From contig CAJINV010000012.1 in NCBI GenBank assembly GCA_905178155.1, positions 2,196,166 to 2,260,165 of the forward strand: a stretch of DNA of 64,000 bases, read 5' to 3'. The position numbers and the translations under genes are program-made. The DNA comes from Amoebophrya sp. A120 (taxonomy: Eukaryota > Protista > Dinoflagellata). Position 1 is the first letter of the stretch. Each line of letters starts with the position of its first letter. The notes under the pieces were generated by a model. The model had not been told where the DNA came from. It did no database searches and saw only the letters and a list, made by a program, of their open reading frames with translations. Positions 1 to 14,010 of this stretch are shown here, in pieces.

Positions 1-1916
1 CCGCCAATATGCCCACAGAGAAGATCGGCGCGCCGGGCTACAGGCTTGCTAACCCGACGTGAGCCAGAGGAGCAGCGACGCGCGCGCAAACCATTACCAA
101 GAAAATCCAAATTTGCGGGGGGCCCCTAAAGGCCGCGGGTACTGTACAACGAGGCTGGCGGCGCACACCAACCGCGCCGCCCCAACCCACCCTCCCTCGC
201 TTGGCCTCTTCGATCGGCGCAAAGCAGACTGGCAGAAGTGGCGGGGGCGCGCGGGGGTCGCGGGCGCGCGCCCGTTTCGCCCCGGCAGGAATGGGACTGG
301 GCGCGCAGAACCCCGGCCCTTTGTAATGTACAAACTAACCCGCCGGCGCCCGCGGCGCGACAGGCGGGGGGGCCCGGCGGCCCATGTTTCACGGCCTCGG
401 GGCCTCGGCGATAGAACAAGCAGGAAGCGCGCGGGACTGACTGGCCGGCCCGGGCCTGGCCATGGTCTTTTCCTCCCTTGTCCTCCTTGTTCTTGCTGGT
501 ACTTAGGAGGCGGAACCGGCGCCGGGCGCTGTCAGACCTGTCGCCCCCGCGGGGGGGCGAGCGGGGGCAGGGGCAAAAGGCACGCCACGGGCTGCCCAGC
601 GACTTGTCCTCAGCCTTGCCTTCGGGCTGATCAACCTGCTAGCCCCCACAAACAACCCACCGCCGTCGGCCGCGCTCGGGCGGTGTCTGCGGCATTGACC
701 TCCTTGAATAAGGGGCCCGACAATACCATACGAGCCGCGGGCCCGGCCAGCTCACTAAGCCAAACGACGCCTCTGCTGCGACCCAAGCCCCATTCTTGTT
801 CGCCAAGTCGTGGCCGTTGGGCGCGGAGCTGCGCGCCATGGCAAAGAAGCGAAGCACTGCAGCTTATTTCATACATTACTTAATTTTTTGGCGTTGCGAC
901 TGCAAGCAGACACGCCTCGGCCTCTCAATTTGAAATCGCAACTCTCCAGCCTTTCCCTCGGTTCTCAATGCTTGTTCTCTCAATCACTTCTTCCTCTCGA
1001 AGTTCACCCTCACACCCCACAAGCAAGTTTGCTTAGGGAAAGAGCCCTCACTAACTCGGGACCAAAGACGAGCCGACCCTTCCTTCAATTCACGGCAGGC
1101 GAGAACATTCGCAGAAGAATGTCGACGACGAGCAGAGGTCTAGCATGTATCTTGCGTTTCTAATCTGGAAAAGCAAGCCTTTCTTTCATCTCACATGTCC
1201 TTTTAGTTGTTCTACGTAGTAGCAAAGCCTTAGCTTCAACATCGCCTGGCGCGACTACGCCGATGCTCAAGAATGTTTCTTTCTAGGCCTAGGCTGGTGG
1301 TGAAGTCTTTATTCCAAATAGTGTACATCCTCGTTCTGTTTCGTATTTGTAACAAAACAAAACAGAAGGGCAGAGGATCGGGATTCATTTTTCAGTACTC
1401 TTGTCTCGACTCTTTTTGCATTTCTTTGGCAAAATATCGATATGCTATCTCCAGAGGTACTAGTGCTGGTAGGAGATAAATACGCTGTGAAAACTTCCCA
1501 CGCCCGGATGTGCCTCATCTGTCCGGCAGCTCGGAAAGTCTGCGGCTAGAGGCAAAACCACAGCGCCAGGTCTATGACAAGCACAAGTATGATATCCACT
1601 TCTCTAGAAGTAGCTCCTATCTCTGTATTGTATTTCCAAAAGTAACTTCGAGTAGATATTATATTCCGCAAAATGTTGAAAAGAAGACTTCAGAGCCTAC
1701 CAGGAGTGCTGTCCGCTCCATCTTGGATAGATTATCTATATCTGCTTCTTTGTTCGTCCACTGAATCTGTTGAAACTGATAAAAGTCTGTTCCTGCTTCA
1801 ATAAAAAATTACATGATGAGCCTCCAAATGACACGGCTACTGTTTTCGTCTCTGCCGCGTCACAACTCCTCCCAAATCCAAGTGTACGATTCTCCACCTC
1901 CGCTTCAAAACACAAC

Positions 1917-4900
1917 TCACGCCCGCCCCTGCGTCGCGATGTAGCAGTCGGTTAATTCCGCTAATTCTTTTGCGATCGCCTCCTGCTCCGGGTTCAAAAT
2001 CGCAGCTTCGTTCAAAATCGGCTGCCCGCCCGGACCGGTATTCTCGCTGAAGAACTTGTCCTCCCACCGAGCGAATTCCTGGTACTGGTCGGAGACGTAG
2101 CGGAGGATGTTTCGGGATTCCATCATGTCCTGGGTGGAAATACCGTCCTGCTCGTACACGTGGAGGTAGGAACGGGACTTGTACCTGATTTGCATGTCGA
2201 TGTCGTGTTTGTCATGCAGAATATGCTATCAGATCTCAATAATGGTACTCACCATGTGCATGACAAGTTTCCGTGCACTAGACAAGCATCATCATTAGCC
2301 ATCACATGATCTTCAAAAGCCGTATAATTCTACAGTGAGTCCCAGTTGGCGCAAATTCGGTCGAACGCTTCGTGGATTGCCGTTGTGTTGGACACAAACG
2401 TGACTGAATCCCCCTGGCTATCATATGTAAAAACGTCCCCACCCCATAGTCAAGATGGGATATCTCCTAGACAAACCGACGAGCTTCTGTTGCTGTGCAT
2501 GACAAGTTTGGCGTCGTAGTGTAATCTTGTTTAGCTAGCTCCAGCAGCATCACAGATCTAGCTTATCATTCTGATTCGAACATCACGAATTCCAGAACAC
2601 GACCAGGAAATGCTTCTCATGGGGTTCCGTATGAGAAACACTTTAACTTTTACCATGCAGATTGGCATGACAAGTATGGGGTGGGAATGTTTTTACATAG
2701 GATACTGGCTCTCGTGTGGCACGGCGCAAATGGAGGAGGAAATGCTGTTTGGGATCCAGTCCGGAAAGTAGTGGTCAAATCGGGAGCCCGGCTTGTGCAG
2801 ATTGTAAATGACTTCATCCACCTCGGAAGAGTAGATGTTGCCTCGAAACGCGGCGAAAGAGGCGAGGAATCGGGCCTTCAGAATACCTGATAGGTAGATT
2901 AAGATAGCATCGTGATGATCATGACGTACTGGTTGTACGACTGCAACACAAATTTTTGCATCCGGCAATATGATCACCTCCATGCGCATCTTCATATTTA
3001 AACAAACGAAACTCGCGACGAACGGCAAATTATACCTTCCCTCGGATCCCCCGGGTTGAGTGGGTCGCATTTAATGCAAACGTTGTCCTTGGAAATCATT
3101 TGTTGCGCCAAATCCAGGACGGAAAATTTCCTGTATTCCTTGTTCGCCGGGCTGGTTAGTGGTGCGAAGGAGGATATGGAAGCGTCAGGTTTGAAATCGT
3201 CAAAGTTGAAAGAATTTGTAACGCATAAAATGCATGACCCGAGGCACGTGTGTTGCAGAGCAGGCAAGTGAGGCTGATTGTAAGCCTGTTTGGGGTTACA
3301 GCTCGAGCTGCTAAAGTAGCATGAGAAAATCGCTCTTCTTTGCCTAAACACCATGACAGAGTGGATTTACGGACCGCCGAAATTTGTCTTGCGCCACTTA
3401 GAAACTGGGTCCCAACTGGCATCCATTTTATGCATGACAAATTTTTGTCGATTTCAACTCTGACACATCCATAGAGGAACAGAGAAAGTGGGCGTTTTTG
3501 AACGGGACGAGGTTGTATCAAATGCAAATACGTCCGGGTCTGGAGAAGTGGTGAACTTGTTATGCCAGCTTTGTATTCGTGGAAAATATGTATTGCAGAA
3601 CCAACAAAAGTCGCAGGCACTTTTGTCATGCAAAAACAAAAAGGCAGCTTCTCACGCGGATTGCGTATAAGAAAGCGCTCTGGAGAGTTCTTGTCATGCT
3701 GGGCTGCATTCGGAAATAGTTCCGTCATCCACATTTTGGCATCACAGGTTTCCAGACCCAGACATGTTTGCACTTGATAGGTTGGTCTGCATTTTTCTCA
3801 AATCCGCATCCAGGATACCAGGGAGGCGGAGACAGGAGGTGATACCTTTTGTTTAATAAATAAATGGCGTTTTTTGGGTTAAATTTTGTACCATGACAAG
3901 AATTTCTTCGACCGCACTACAAATACTTACCATCTACACCTAGATCTAGTCCATCTTTGAATTTATTTCCGAAATAAATACTTGTCAAGCAGCTGTACCC
4001 ACTTATCCTTACCTGTCATGCACAACCCCACGATGTTGTTCAGGTGACTCAGTTTTGGCACATCCACTTCACAGGTGTTTTGCACAATCTGCCCAAGTGC
4101 TGCATTGTCGTAGAGAAAGCACTGGTGGCAGTACTCTAGCAGATCCTGCATCCCCAGAGCGGCATTGTATCTGATAATGAATGTATGTATGAGTTAATTT
4201 TTTGTATTTTTTGTCAATCATGCAAGACGAGAGGTGTTTGTCATGCCATCCTCAGCATCAGAACCGGGTGCAAAAAAAAAAACAATACGGCTCCAGAATG
4301 ACGTCTGTAAGCCCGGGCGATGGCACCACGGTGAAGGACTGCAAAATGCACTTGCTTCCCTTGTCGAGGTAGTCGTATCTGTGATGCGTAGTTTGCATTT
4401 GACGGCACTTTGTCATGCATGGATCACCACTGCATTTTTTGCAACAGTAGCAGGAGCGTCATGCGAAGAAACTTTGTGATGCATAACTTCCGAAATAAAT
4501 ACAGTGTTTTCAGTAGCAGCCCTGTCAACCCGGATCCCGCACCGCCGCATATTGAGTGTGTGAATTGTACTCCTTGGAGGCACTCGCACTTCTCCACTTC
4601 TTTTCGTACGTTCTCGAGCACCTGGTGATGGAATAGTTCGTGGCGGTTTATTTCGGAGCATGAGCAACGGTTGTATTGTATACATGACAAAATCGAATCA
4701 CATTCACATTCAGCGTTGTGCATGACAAAGGACCACACTTCAAAGAGCGCTGACCTGATCCGCCAAGTCGGGCCCTTCTGTGTGAAAGGCTTTTGCGTAG
4801 CAGTTCCCTGATCCTTCGTCATTGCCAATTACGTTTTCTGGTCTGTACAGCCCTCCTAGTCCGTCACTCGTTATCTGCGCCAAATCGCTCATGTTGGTAT

Positions 4901-5321
4901 CTACCTGTTATCAACATGTTATGATTTTTCACATCAACCTTTGAACAATTTTACAACATCGAAAAAGCCACTGGATGAAGAGCGCGTCATCATCAAAGTC
5001 AAAGAAAATGAGTCCGCGTCAACATCCAAGGTTCCAGCCGTGTTCTAGTACTAGTATCGCCCTTGGGACGTAGCGGCCCGCGCTGCCCTCGTTGAAGAAG
5101 ACGTCAATGTGCTCTTGGTAGATGTCCCCTTCTTCCCCCGTGTACCTACCATTCATCTGTCCGCTGCCTTCGAAATTGATTTTGTGCTCGGACGCGATGT
5201 CCCGCCAGAACTCGTGGCCGATCGCATTTCCGCACTTCCCGACCTGAATGTGGATGATCTCACGCCCGGCGGCATGGCCGTGCTTCTTGGCCGGGTGCCC
5301 ACCCTTCTCTGGAGGAGGCAT
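1917..5321 (-). CDS. Divergent beta-like tubulin; 7 GT-AG introns plus 3 introner insertions
   Basis: Spliced translation gives [85 protein letters not shown] and YLHVY, colinear with tubulin. DLRK points to beta rather than alpha. Confidence 0.9.
2419..2704. mobile_element. Introner-like TIR element, family C
   Basis: Flanked by ctggc; ends tatcatatgtaaaaacgtcccc / ggggtgggaatgtttttacataggata; removal gives ESQ|GDSVTF. Confidence 0.9.
3175..3473. mobile_element. Introner-like TIR element, family B
   Basis: Flanked by gagga; ends tatggaagcgtcaggtttgaaatcg / cgatttcaactctgacacatccata; removal gives LCS|SFAPLT. Confidence 0.9.
3516..3779. mobile_element. Introner-like TIR element, family A
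   Basis: Flanked by ggttg; ends tatcaaatgcaaatacgtccgggtctgga / tccagacccagacatgtttgcacttgata; removal gives QTN|LVPF. Confidence 0.9.
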
Positions 5322-7125
5322 GGTTCTACTTGCGGGTGAAGTTGTGGATTGATTTCTTGACTTTACGATCTGCGGCGTCTCACACTGGTTTCGCTTTCGG
5401 CTCTCATGTACGTTGGGACACTTACTGCAGCTCAACGAGGTGCGAATTTTGGTTGACGCAAAATATCAGCTCAGAGCCTTTGTTCGTAGGAACTCAAAAA
5501 CAACGAACAAAAGCGAAACCAAAACAAGAAGACGACGACGACGAAAAAATAAAAGTCCGATGGACCCGAAAAACTGATGGATGAAGTAGAAGTACCGACA
5601 AAGGAGGAGCTAGGGCGCGGAGGTAGGAACCACAATCCTGGCACTCATTAACCCAGCCTCCCAAATGCTCACCACGAACAATTGTTGTGGCCGCTTAACA
5701 GATGAAAGAGCGCAGGAGCGGCTGACTACACTGCGACTGAGGCTACGGACTTTTGTTTTCCAAAGAATGAACCACGCGGCCAACATGCACCGCTATCAGT
5801 CTGACAGACTGCGAGCATGCTTCCAAACATGGCGGCCGATGGGGGAATAATGAGCAACATCACCAAGGGGCGGCCAAGGTGGAGCAAGACACTCACGCCG
5901 GGCGCCGCCAGCCGACCGGCAGTGCCTTCCTTGGGCTGGTCGGCCGGCGCGCGCACGAACGATCAAGGCGGGGTGGCGCGGGCGGGCGGAGTCGGCTGCC
6001 GAGCGCGCAACCCCGCCCTGGAGCCCAAGGAAGGCCGCGCCGAGCGGGGGGGGGCGCCCACCACGCTCGTGGCCCGGGGGCGTCTAACTACATACACTCC
6101 ACAGGCAGCAGCGCCGCCCCAAGCTAGCAAATCGGCCGCCTGGGAGAGGAGGCGCGGGCGCCTCTAGCTACGTGCCCCGGCGCCCGGCGGCACGCTGCGC
6201 CCAGCACGGGCGCGCCCGCAAATGCGGCCGGTGGCCACGCATCGCCCTGCCCCCGCCGGGAAGCCCCACGGGCGGACACGCAAAAAATAAAAAGGCCCGC
6301 GCGCGCCGTGCGTAGTTGTTTCGCGTCGGCCTCCTTGACGAAGGTAGCGAACCCAGGCGCCGGCCGCTCGGCTCGCGGCGCACGCGCGAAGACTTTGCGC
6401 GGCCGCCCCGCGGGCCGCCTTGCGGTACTAAAGTCGGGCGCCCTTTGCGGGACCGCTCGCGCGCGCCACGTTTTCCCCGAGGCGGCGGGGCGTGTGCAAG
6501 ATTATGGGCGCGAACATCGCGCCACTCGTGCCGCGTCGCAGAGGTTCTCGACTTGCGTCGCGATCAAATTGGCCACGCCCGGCAGGCCTCGAGAATCCAC
6601 CCGGGCCCGCCCCCCGTAGGCGGGGCGCTCCACGGGCGAGAGGCGCCAAACTGCGCCCGGTGGCAAGGGTGCACGGGCCCAAAAACGCGGGCGAAGGCGT
6701 CGCCCACCGAAAACGCGACAGCGAGAGCGCAAGCACTGGCGCCCCTCTCTTGGCATGCCGAGCTCTTCTCGTTGGATCTGGGCATAGTTCAGTTCCAACT
6801 ACATCACCAAATCTGTATGTGACACAAGAACACACGACACAACAACTTCCGTACTATTTGTCACAAGCTGGTGCAACTTGCGAGGTCCTCCGCTTATTTG
6901 CAAATTCAGCAGCATATTGAAACTTCTTCCGGCGCACACTAATTCATCAGCTCTCGTCTGCCATGGACAGTCATTGTTTGTAGAAAAATGTCGTGGCGGG
7001 CGCAAAAGGTAACCCAGCACACAAAAAGAACTTTCCAGTGAGTTTCCATCAAAAGTCGTGTCACCGTCATTGCAGACGCACGCAAATAAGCAGCAATTTT
7101 CCACTGCTACGGAAATCTTTCGCTT

Positions 7126-9913
7126 TCAAAAAAACACCCCTCTCTCCTCCCCTAGCGTTTTCCGGGCAATCAAGCTCGACAAATCTTCCTCCTTCGTTTT
7201 GTACTTTTTCCCACCTTCCCGTCTCTGCTGCTGCTGCCCCGCTAGAGTGAGCTGCTGCTGCTGACCCAACTTTTGTCGTTTGGCTTTTATCCTGCTTCTA
7301 TTTCCCGTCAAGTCCCCAGCTGCATCCTCGTCGGATTCATCTTCGGAACCACTTCTCCTATCTCCTCCCTTTACCAACTTTTCCGCTTTCAGCTTCTCCT
7401 GCACCTTGTCCCGGAGTTGTTCCGCTTTCGCAGAAAGTTCGGCGAGGTAGGACGAGGAGCTTGATGTCATCGTTGTGGTCGACGCAGATGTTCTTGAGCT
7501 GCCAGAAGCTCCTCCTACACCGGCGTTGTACGGAGGAGCAGCTGCTGAAGAAGAGGACGAAGTGGCTCCTGAAGATTTTTTCGCCGGCGCAAGCAGGTAC
7601 TCCATCAGATTCCCCTGCCATTTGGAGAAGCGTAGCCTCAAATAATTTCCGATCTGGAGGGTGAAGGAGGTGTTTTGTTGTAGATTCGCTTTACTGTGCT
7701 GTAGTACTGCGTCACCGTCTTTTTTCCGATTTGATGTTCTTGACGAGCTCTGCGTCTGCTCTACTGCTTGCCCGAGCACCACCTCCGTCGTTTTAGAAGT
7801 GTCGTCGAAGTCGACAACTTTGTCGTTGACCCGGATTTCGAACAAACTTCGTATCCTCTGTAGTTCTTGAGCTTCTTTTTCCTCGTCGTCACTGAAAGAC
7901 TCGTCGCTCCCAGCATTCTCGCTTTTGTCCTCGCTTTCGTCTTCGTCTACCTCTACGATGGTTTGCTTAATCTTGTTTTTCTTAGTCCTGCTTTTGCTGC
8001 TCCTTCCACCTGCAGCTCCAGGGGAGGTTTTCTTCCTTCTATCAGCACCCGTCCGACTGCTGCTTCTCGCAGAAGTACTAGATGATGCAGCTCCTGCGAC
8101 AAAGTTCTTCAATCTCACACTTCCATCCCTCGCAGACACGTCTACTCGCAACACCAATCTCGGCAATTTCGAGTACTGCAACTCCGGCAAGAGCATGGAG
8201 CCTATCAACACCGAGCCGTTTTGGTACACCCCGTTAGAATTCTTCCCGCCGACCCGGTTGTTCTTATACCTGCCCGCAAGAACGCCACCGCTGCTACCAT
8301 GATTCGGGAAGAAAAGAAACGGTGCTTCCTCCCTGCAAGTTTCCAGCTCTGCGAGAAACAGGTCGCTCTTTGCTTTCAAAGAAGTTTGACTGTTGTGGTA
8401 GTTTTTCTGCTGCCGCTGTTCGATCTGTTTCAAGTGCTTTTCGACAACAAATCGTGCTAGATAACTCGGCAGCTTTTTAAGCTCGTTCCTGACTTCCGGT
8501 GTCCACTTCTGTTTGCTAGCCTGGTCCTCCACAAATTTCCGGTTTTGCTCGTCGTTGGGATCATTCATGTGTTCCGGTCCTCGCCGGTCGTCGACACTTC
8601 TAGCAGCGCTTGGGCTTCTTGTCCCCGACGTGGTCCCAAACTGCACTGGCTCCCCAGTCAGGATGAACGGCATGCCGGCTTGGCCGGGAAGAAGATCCTC
8701 ATCGTCGAGTACTTCCTCTTCCTTCTCAATCGGAATAGTCGGGTCCGCTTCGCCGATTTCAATACCGAGCGCTTCCACGACTGCTTCGCCTGCCTGCCGG
8801 CTCATTTCATCGGCAGACCTTCTCTTATTTCGGGAAGATGCAGTCGCGCCGTGGTTCTTTGTTATTGTTATTGGGTTTGAACCTGTTGGCGTTTTGTTGT
8901 AAAACTTTTCCAAATCTTTCTGACTCACGTATTTGTTCTTGATCTTCTCCTTTTCATCCGCCGCCAGCTTCGCTTCCTGTTCTTGTTTCCTTTTCCGCAG
9001 CCAGTCTGCGGCGCTGGAGGTGGCGGCCGAATCGTCTTGCTGATCAGGAAGTCCTGCTGCTCCAGATAACGCTGCATTTTTCCCGATTATACCTGCGGCC
9101 CCTTGCTGCTGTTGATTCAACAGATTCGCCTGCTCTACTCCTGAGGATAATTGATGATTTGTCGCCCCGTAATTCGCGTCAGTCGGCGGAATTGGTATCC
9201 GTGTCCAAATTTCCGCGTTCACCGCGGCATTTCCGCTCTGCCAGATGGGCATCACATCCTGCGTTTCTTTCTCGAATTGAAACAAAACCCCGGAGTTCTG
9301 GTCCCAGATGAATAGCTGTTTCGTCTTCGATTCGAGGTAGTAGCATTTCGGAAAGGCGGTCGCGGATATGGGACTCTCAAGCGTTACACTCTCAGCTGTT
9401 ACATGAATTTGTCATGCAAAGCTACCATTATCATCCACGCGATCAAGCTGCTTCGCATGGTAAATGTGCGAAGGGCTAAGCAGCACCGAAATCTGTGCGG
9501 AATTTGTAATGCTAGAGGTGCAATTGTCCCCCTTTGACTTTTGCTATTCTTGCATTACAAATTCATGTGACAGTTGGGAATGTAACAATTGAGGGCCCCA
9601 TAGCGGATGTTTTTGGGTTGTGGTTCTCCGTGTCCACTTGCCAGCGGTCTATCGCATCCTTGTACAGCTCGAGGAGAGGATCTTCTTCCGCGTCAGGGGT
9701 TTGTTTTTTCGTGGCCTTTTTATCCAATTTGTTGCAACATCCAGGTCCTGTTTTATTTTTCTTTCCCTTATTGATGCCTTGAAATGGACCACGCCGTTGT
9801 TCCCTGCTGTCTTCATTTTCAACATCCGACAAACCCGAATCCTTGTCGCTGCTATCGTCGCTGTTGTTCGCGAAATCATCCAGAGAAACCGCGGAGAGCT
9901 GGGGGCCCGACAT
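7126..9913 (-). CDS. Hypothetical low-complexity protein, two exons
   Basis: ORFs 9563-9913 and 7126-9285 join in frame (PKTSA|TAFPKCYYLESK...LFQFEKE) after removing 9367-9602 plus one repeat. Confidence 0.8.
9367..9602. mobile_element. Introner-like TIR element, family E
   Basis: Flanked by gcgga; ends tatgggactctcaagcgttaca / tgtaacaattgagggccccata. Confidence 0.9.
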
Positions 9914-11703
9914 GTTTCTGTGTCGTCGATGAAGATTGAGGTTTTACTGGTAGATTTTGAGTACAAGCCCGGAGATGGAACAACTACATCAGGTCGCAGC
10001 TTCGAGCAGGGGGGGGCTACTCTTACGCAGGCATTAGATTCGACATCGACTTCGACTTCAAAGGTGGCACGATGTACGTAGTTCGCTGAGTACAGGAGGC
10101 TCACTGTAAAAAGACATGAATTCCTTCGAGGAATCGCAGCACGCAGATGAGGGGTCAGCTCCCAATCATATATTGTTTCCAAAAGCAAAGGACACTGGTG
10201 TTGGCGACCAAACTACATGGTGTGCGAAGATTTTTCATCTTCACGATTTACAAAAGATCGCATCTTCACTTTGCGCCCGCCCGTCAATGATCGGAGCTTC
10301 GAGTTTGATGAATTGAATGACGCGCAGGCGAGTGGGAACTAGCGGAACCAGGGATCAACACATTTTGAATCATGAAAAACTACAACTTGTACTAGATGAA
10401 CTCATGGAACATAACTTCATGCCCTCGCGGCCCTCCAGAAGATGAACAAGCAAAGGCGTTTACTACTAGTTATTAAAGGGAACAGCTTCTTTTTTTCATT
10501 CTTCAACCCGAAGCCGTTCTTCGAGGTACTAGACGACCACAACTTCATATGATTTTTGCTTGCGGTTTTTTCTTTCCAAAATCTTACAGTAGCTAATATT
10601 CAAGGGGGGGCAAATGTCTAAGAAGGCGGTGGTGTGGAGTGGTCGGGGCTTAGAGTTTTTTCATCCATTGAAAAAACTATTTTGCCCATGCTACGAGCCA
10701 CCGCCTTTCTTTTTTTGCTCCAGCCAGAGATGAAAGTCTTTGCGCAACTTTTACAAGAACCAGAGAGGCACTACTACTCAAAGTAGCGTCAGTTTCTTCT
10801 TGTGCTTCTTCATCTTGTGCAGCCAGCATCAACATCATACATAGATACATCACCCGGCCTGGTTTTGACATCAATTCTTGTTTTTCAGAAAGCGGGTAAG
10901 AGCAGCTCTGAGGAAATCTATTCTCGCAGAGCTTTTACCGCTGTGGTGCACTCCGCTACTAGACAATGGTGTAAACAGTAAACCACTCCTAGAGCAGTTC
11001 TTCTTGTGCTTTGGTCCGAATAATTTAGACCTACAAAGAATCGCAATCGTAAACCTAGACGAGCTACATTTATGCACAATTTCTCCGGTAAAACAGTTGC
11101 GACGGAGCAGGCGCAATTTTTGTGAATACATGTGTTCTAAATCTAGTAAAACGGGATGTGTTCTTTGTTCTTCGTTGGGCTGTGCATAGTAGAATGAATA
11201 GAACATCGGCATCGCCGCGGGTTCATTTTTTTGTCAAAAATGCGCTATGTTTGATTTTCCTCTTTGTTCCCACAACATAGAGAATTTTCCACAAAAAAGT
11301 CACCTAAAAGTTCGAGCAGATATTTGCTTTGTTAGAGCAAAAATCACTCTACTGTCGTGTATGTAGCACGTCTACATCACATTGCGAGACGATCACGATA
11401 TAGATATACAACTACTTCCCTTTCGTGTCATTACTTTCCTCCGTAAAAATCATGACAGACTGGAGGTGCCTTTGATCGATTAGACTGGGTATAGCATTTC
11501 AGTTTTTTTTCAAACCAAAACTTAGGGCCGACGAGTACGCAAAACATGAATATGTGAGGACTCTTTGTTGTTCCGAGCCAAAACCATCAACAAGTGGTTG
11601 GACAGAACTACAGCTATGTGAACGATTTTCAAAAAAAAACATTATGATTGAAATATCCTTAATTACGAAGCCGGCGGGTAAACTTCTACCCGCTTTTTAC
11701 CTC

Positions 11704-12489
11704 TTACACAAAGTCGTCATCGTCGCTTTGCTCCCCGGCGTAGACTACGTACTGCGGCTGCTGCTGGTATGCCACCGGCTGCGCTGGCTCCGCGTAGACG
11801 ATCTGTTTTTTGTATTTGTTTCATGATCTATTTCATTCTCATTTTTTGTCAACATGTAGAACCAATGCAAGAATGATCATGATGTTGACATCTACAACTA
11901 CTTGAAGTTCTTGTTGTATACATCACGCAACACAAATTTCTACCTCTTCCTCATAGACCGGGCCTCTGTAGCAGCACCAGACGGGAATAGCAATGGCGAA
12001 GATGATGATCAACAGGATGAGCAGGATCCAGAGCCAGAGCAACCGCAACCCATAGTTTGGATTCTCGTCAACCGGATGGCAGTGCGTGTTGAGGAACCTA
12101 TCCCGGTAGCAGTATATGCATTGCAAACGTATCGCACTCGTACTATTATCATTAATTGCAATCATGTATGACAAATCTTGTCCTTAAGGTAAAACAGCAT
12201 GACAGATGCCAGCTCTCATGCTGAGCAAATTTGTAATGCAATTTATACAACTAGTACGATGGATAATTTTGTAATGCATACAGTAGCAGTAGACGCCGCC
12301 AATCCACGTGTACCACCCCGCGATTGCTTGGTCGGCCAGCAGCAGCAGCGACAGTGCGGCTGCTGGTGCGGTGAGCAAGTTCTTGCTCGTCCCTGCACCT
12401 GGGGCTCTTCGGCTATTTTTGCCCTGCGTCCTCATGTTGGAAAGAGAGGAAGTCGCAAGAGCAGTCGTGGAGGTAGTGGCAGGAGACAT
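11704..12489 (-). CDS. Small membrane protein (signal-like segment, Cys-rich ectodomain, one TM helix)
   Basis: MSPATT...LLLLADQAIAGWYTWIGGVYCYC|YRDRF...LLWLWILLILLIIIFAIAIPVWCCY...EEE, then a GT-AG intron, then IVYAEPAQ...DDDFV*. Confidence 0.75.
12115..12280. mobile_element. Introner-like TIR element, family D
   Basis: Flanked by cagta; ends tatgcattgcaaa / ttttgtaatgcata. Confidence 0.88.
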
Positions 12490-14010
12490 TTTTTGTACTG
12501 TTGATTTGGTCTGGCTTTGAGAAAAAAAAGTCGTCAAGATAGAATATGATCCGCGAAGAGGTCGTTCACAGGCAAAAGTACGCTCTTAAAAATCGGAGCA
12601 GAGAGAAAATACAACTCGATTAATATTTTGGGAAGATTTTGTAGGGTCGTGATAGTGCTCTCGCTAAAAAGTAAAAGAAAACTTAGAAGAATAGAATCAG
12701 GTTGAAGACTCGTTATGGAAAATTAGCAGCTATGCGTTTGTTTTCTTGTCAAAATGTAAAAATACCTTGGCAATTGATGTTGTTGTAAATGGGAACTGTA
12801 GTTGTATCAGGTGACAAGATGGATGGACGTCCGCGTGGTAAAAATGCGCTACCCTTGCTATTTCCATTTCGTCCAAGCACTACCGGAAAATGCTGATCCG
12901 ATTTGTGTTTCTGCGTTAAGAGCTTATTTCTAATGATCTTCATCACCGACAAAAGTTATTTTTTGATCTTAACCTTGCGGCTACACAACTTCTACTCCAC
13001 CGACATGATGTGCACGATCATAGTGCGCATTTTTTTCAAGGACCAGGATGCTTTTTAATTTTACCAGAGAGATCGTCTTCGTCTGGCCGTTGTCACACGA
13101 AATTTGAGCCTGTATTTTTCGACAGATTCGTTCTACTTGATCCAGTTTTATATTTCAAGTGTCCCACTCACTTGATGGACTGACGTGCAACAACCGATTT
13201 CCTTTCGTTTATACTGTGGTCCGGGTGTGGTTCTTACCGAAATTTGTTGCACCGACTACTGAAACGACCGAGCAGATTGAAGGCCGCTCCACCAAGTCGT
13301 GACTCCCATCAGTCTGTTGCATGCAGTCAAAGTTGAAGTTGCGTCGACATTTACAATGTGAATTTTGTATATTCGATTTGATGAAGTTAGTCTACACGAC
13401 CGAGAGGGCTGCCTGTAGATGAAAATGGCTACTTTGCAAGCGTCGACATATGATACATAAGACACGCCGCGCCACTTGTTGGTCGTTTCAGAACACAGAT
13501 TGAACACATTTGCGCGAATTCGACTGCAACTTAATAACCTGGCCTCGTGACTCATTTTTATCGGTCTTGTTCGAGAAATCAGAAGCTCGACAGTGGTGAA
13601 TTCATGCACCGTCAGACAGGATTTGGTATTGCTGTATTTCAAAGATTCATCTCGCGGCGGGGGTCGAACTGAATTTAAGAAGAAGATACTGACTACTAGA
13701 GCTACTGGGTTAGAATCTTTTTAGAAATTGTTGAAGGAGACGAAACCTGCGACTTTTATCGAGTGCTTTGTTTAGTTTTTCCGTGCGAAACCCGCTGTAG
13801 TACTTCGTCTCGCGCGTCGATGGGATACACCTCCGCCGTACTAGGCACTTTAACTTTATTCCACACTCGGATTAGATTGAGGAAAACTTTCAGAGCATGT
13901 TTTTGTCGTGCTGCGGGTACTCGTTAATTATACACAGAATTTATTTGGGGTAAGGGTATCTAGTCTTGTTTCCTGCGAAGAACGATACGTAGTTTTTTTC
14001 TCATCCAGAC

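Noticed and set aside
13422-13432. 11-nt match (gtagccatttt, minus strand) to the dinoflagellate spliced leader
   Set aside because: Short enough to occur by chance in 64 kb, lacks the GGCTCAAG end, and is far from a start codon
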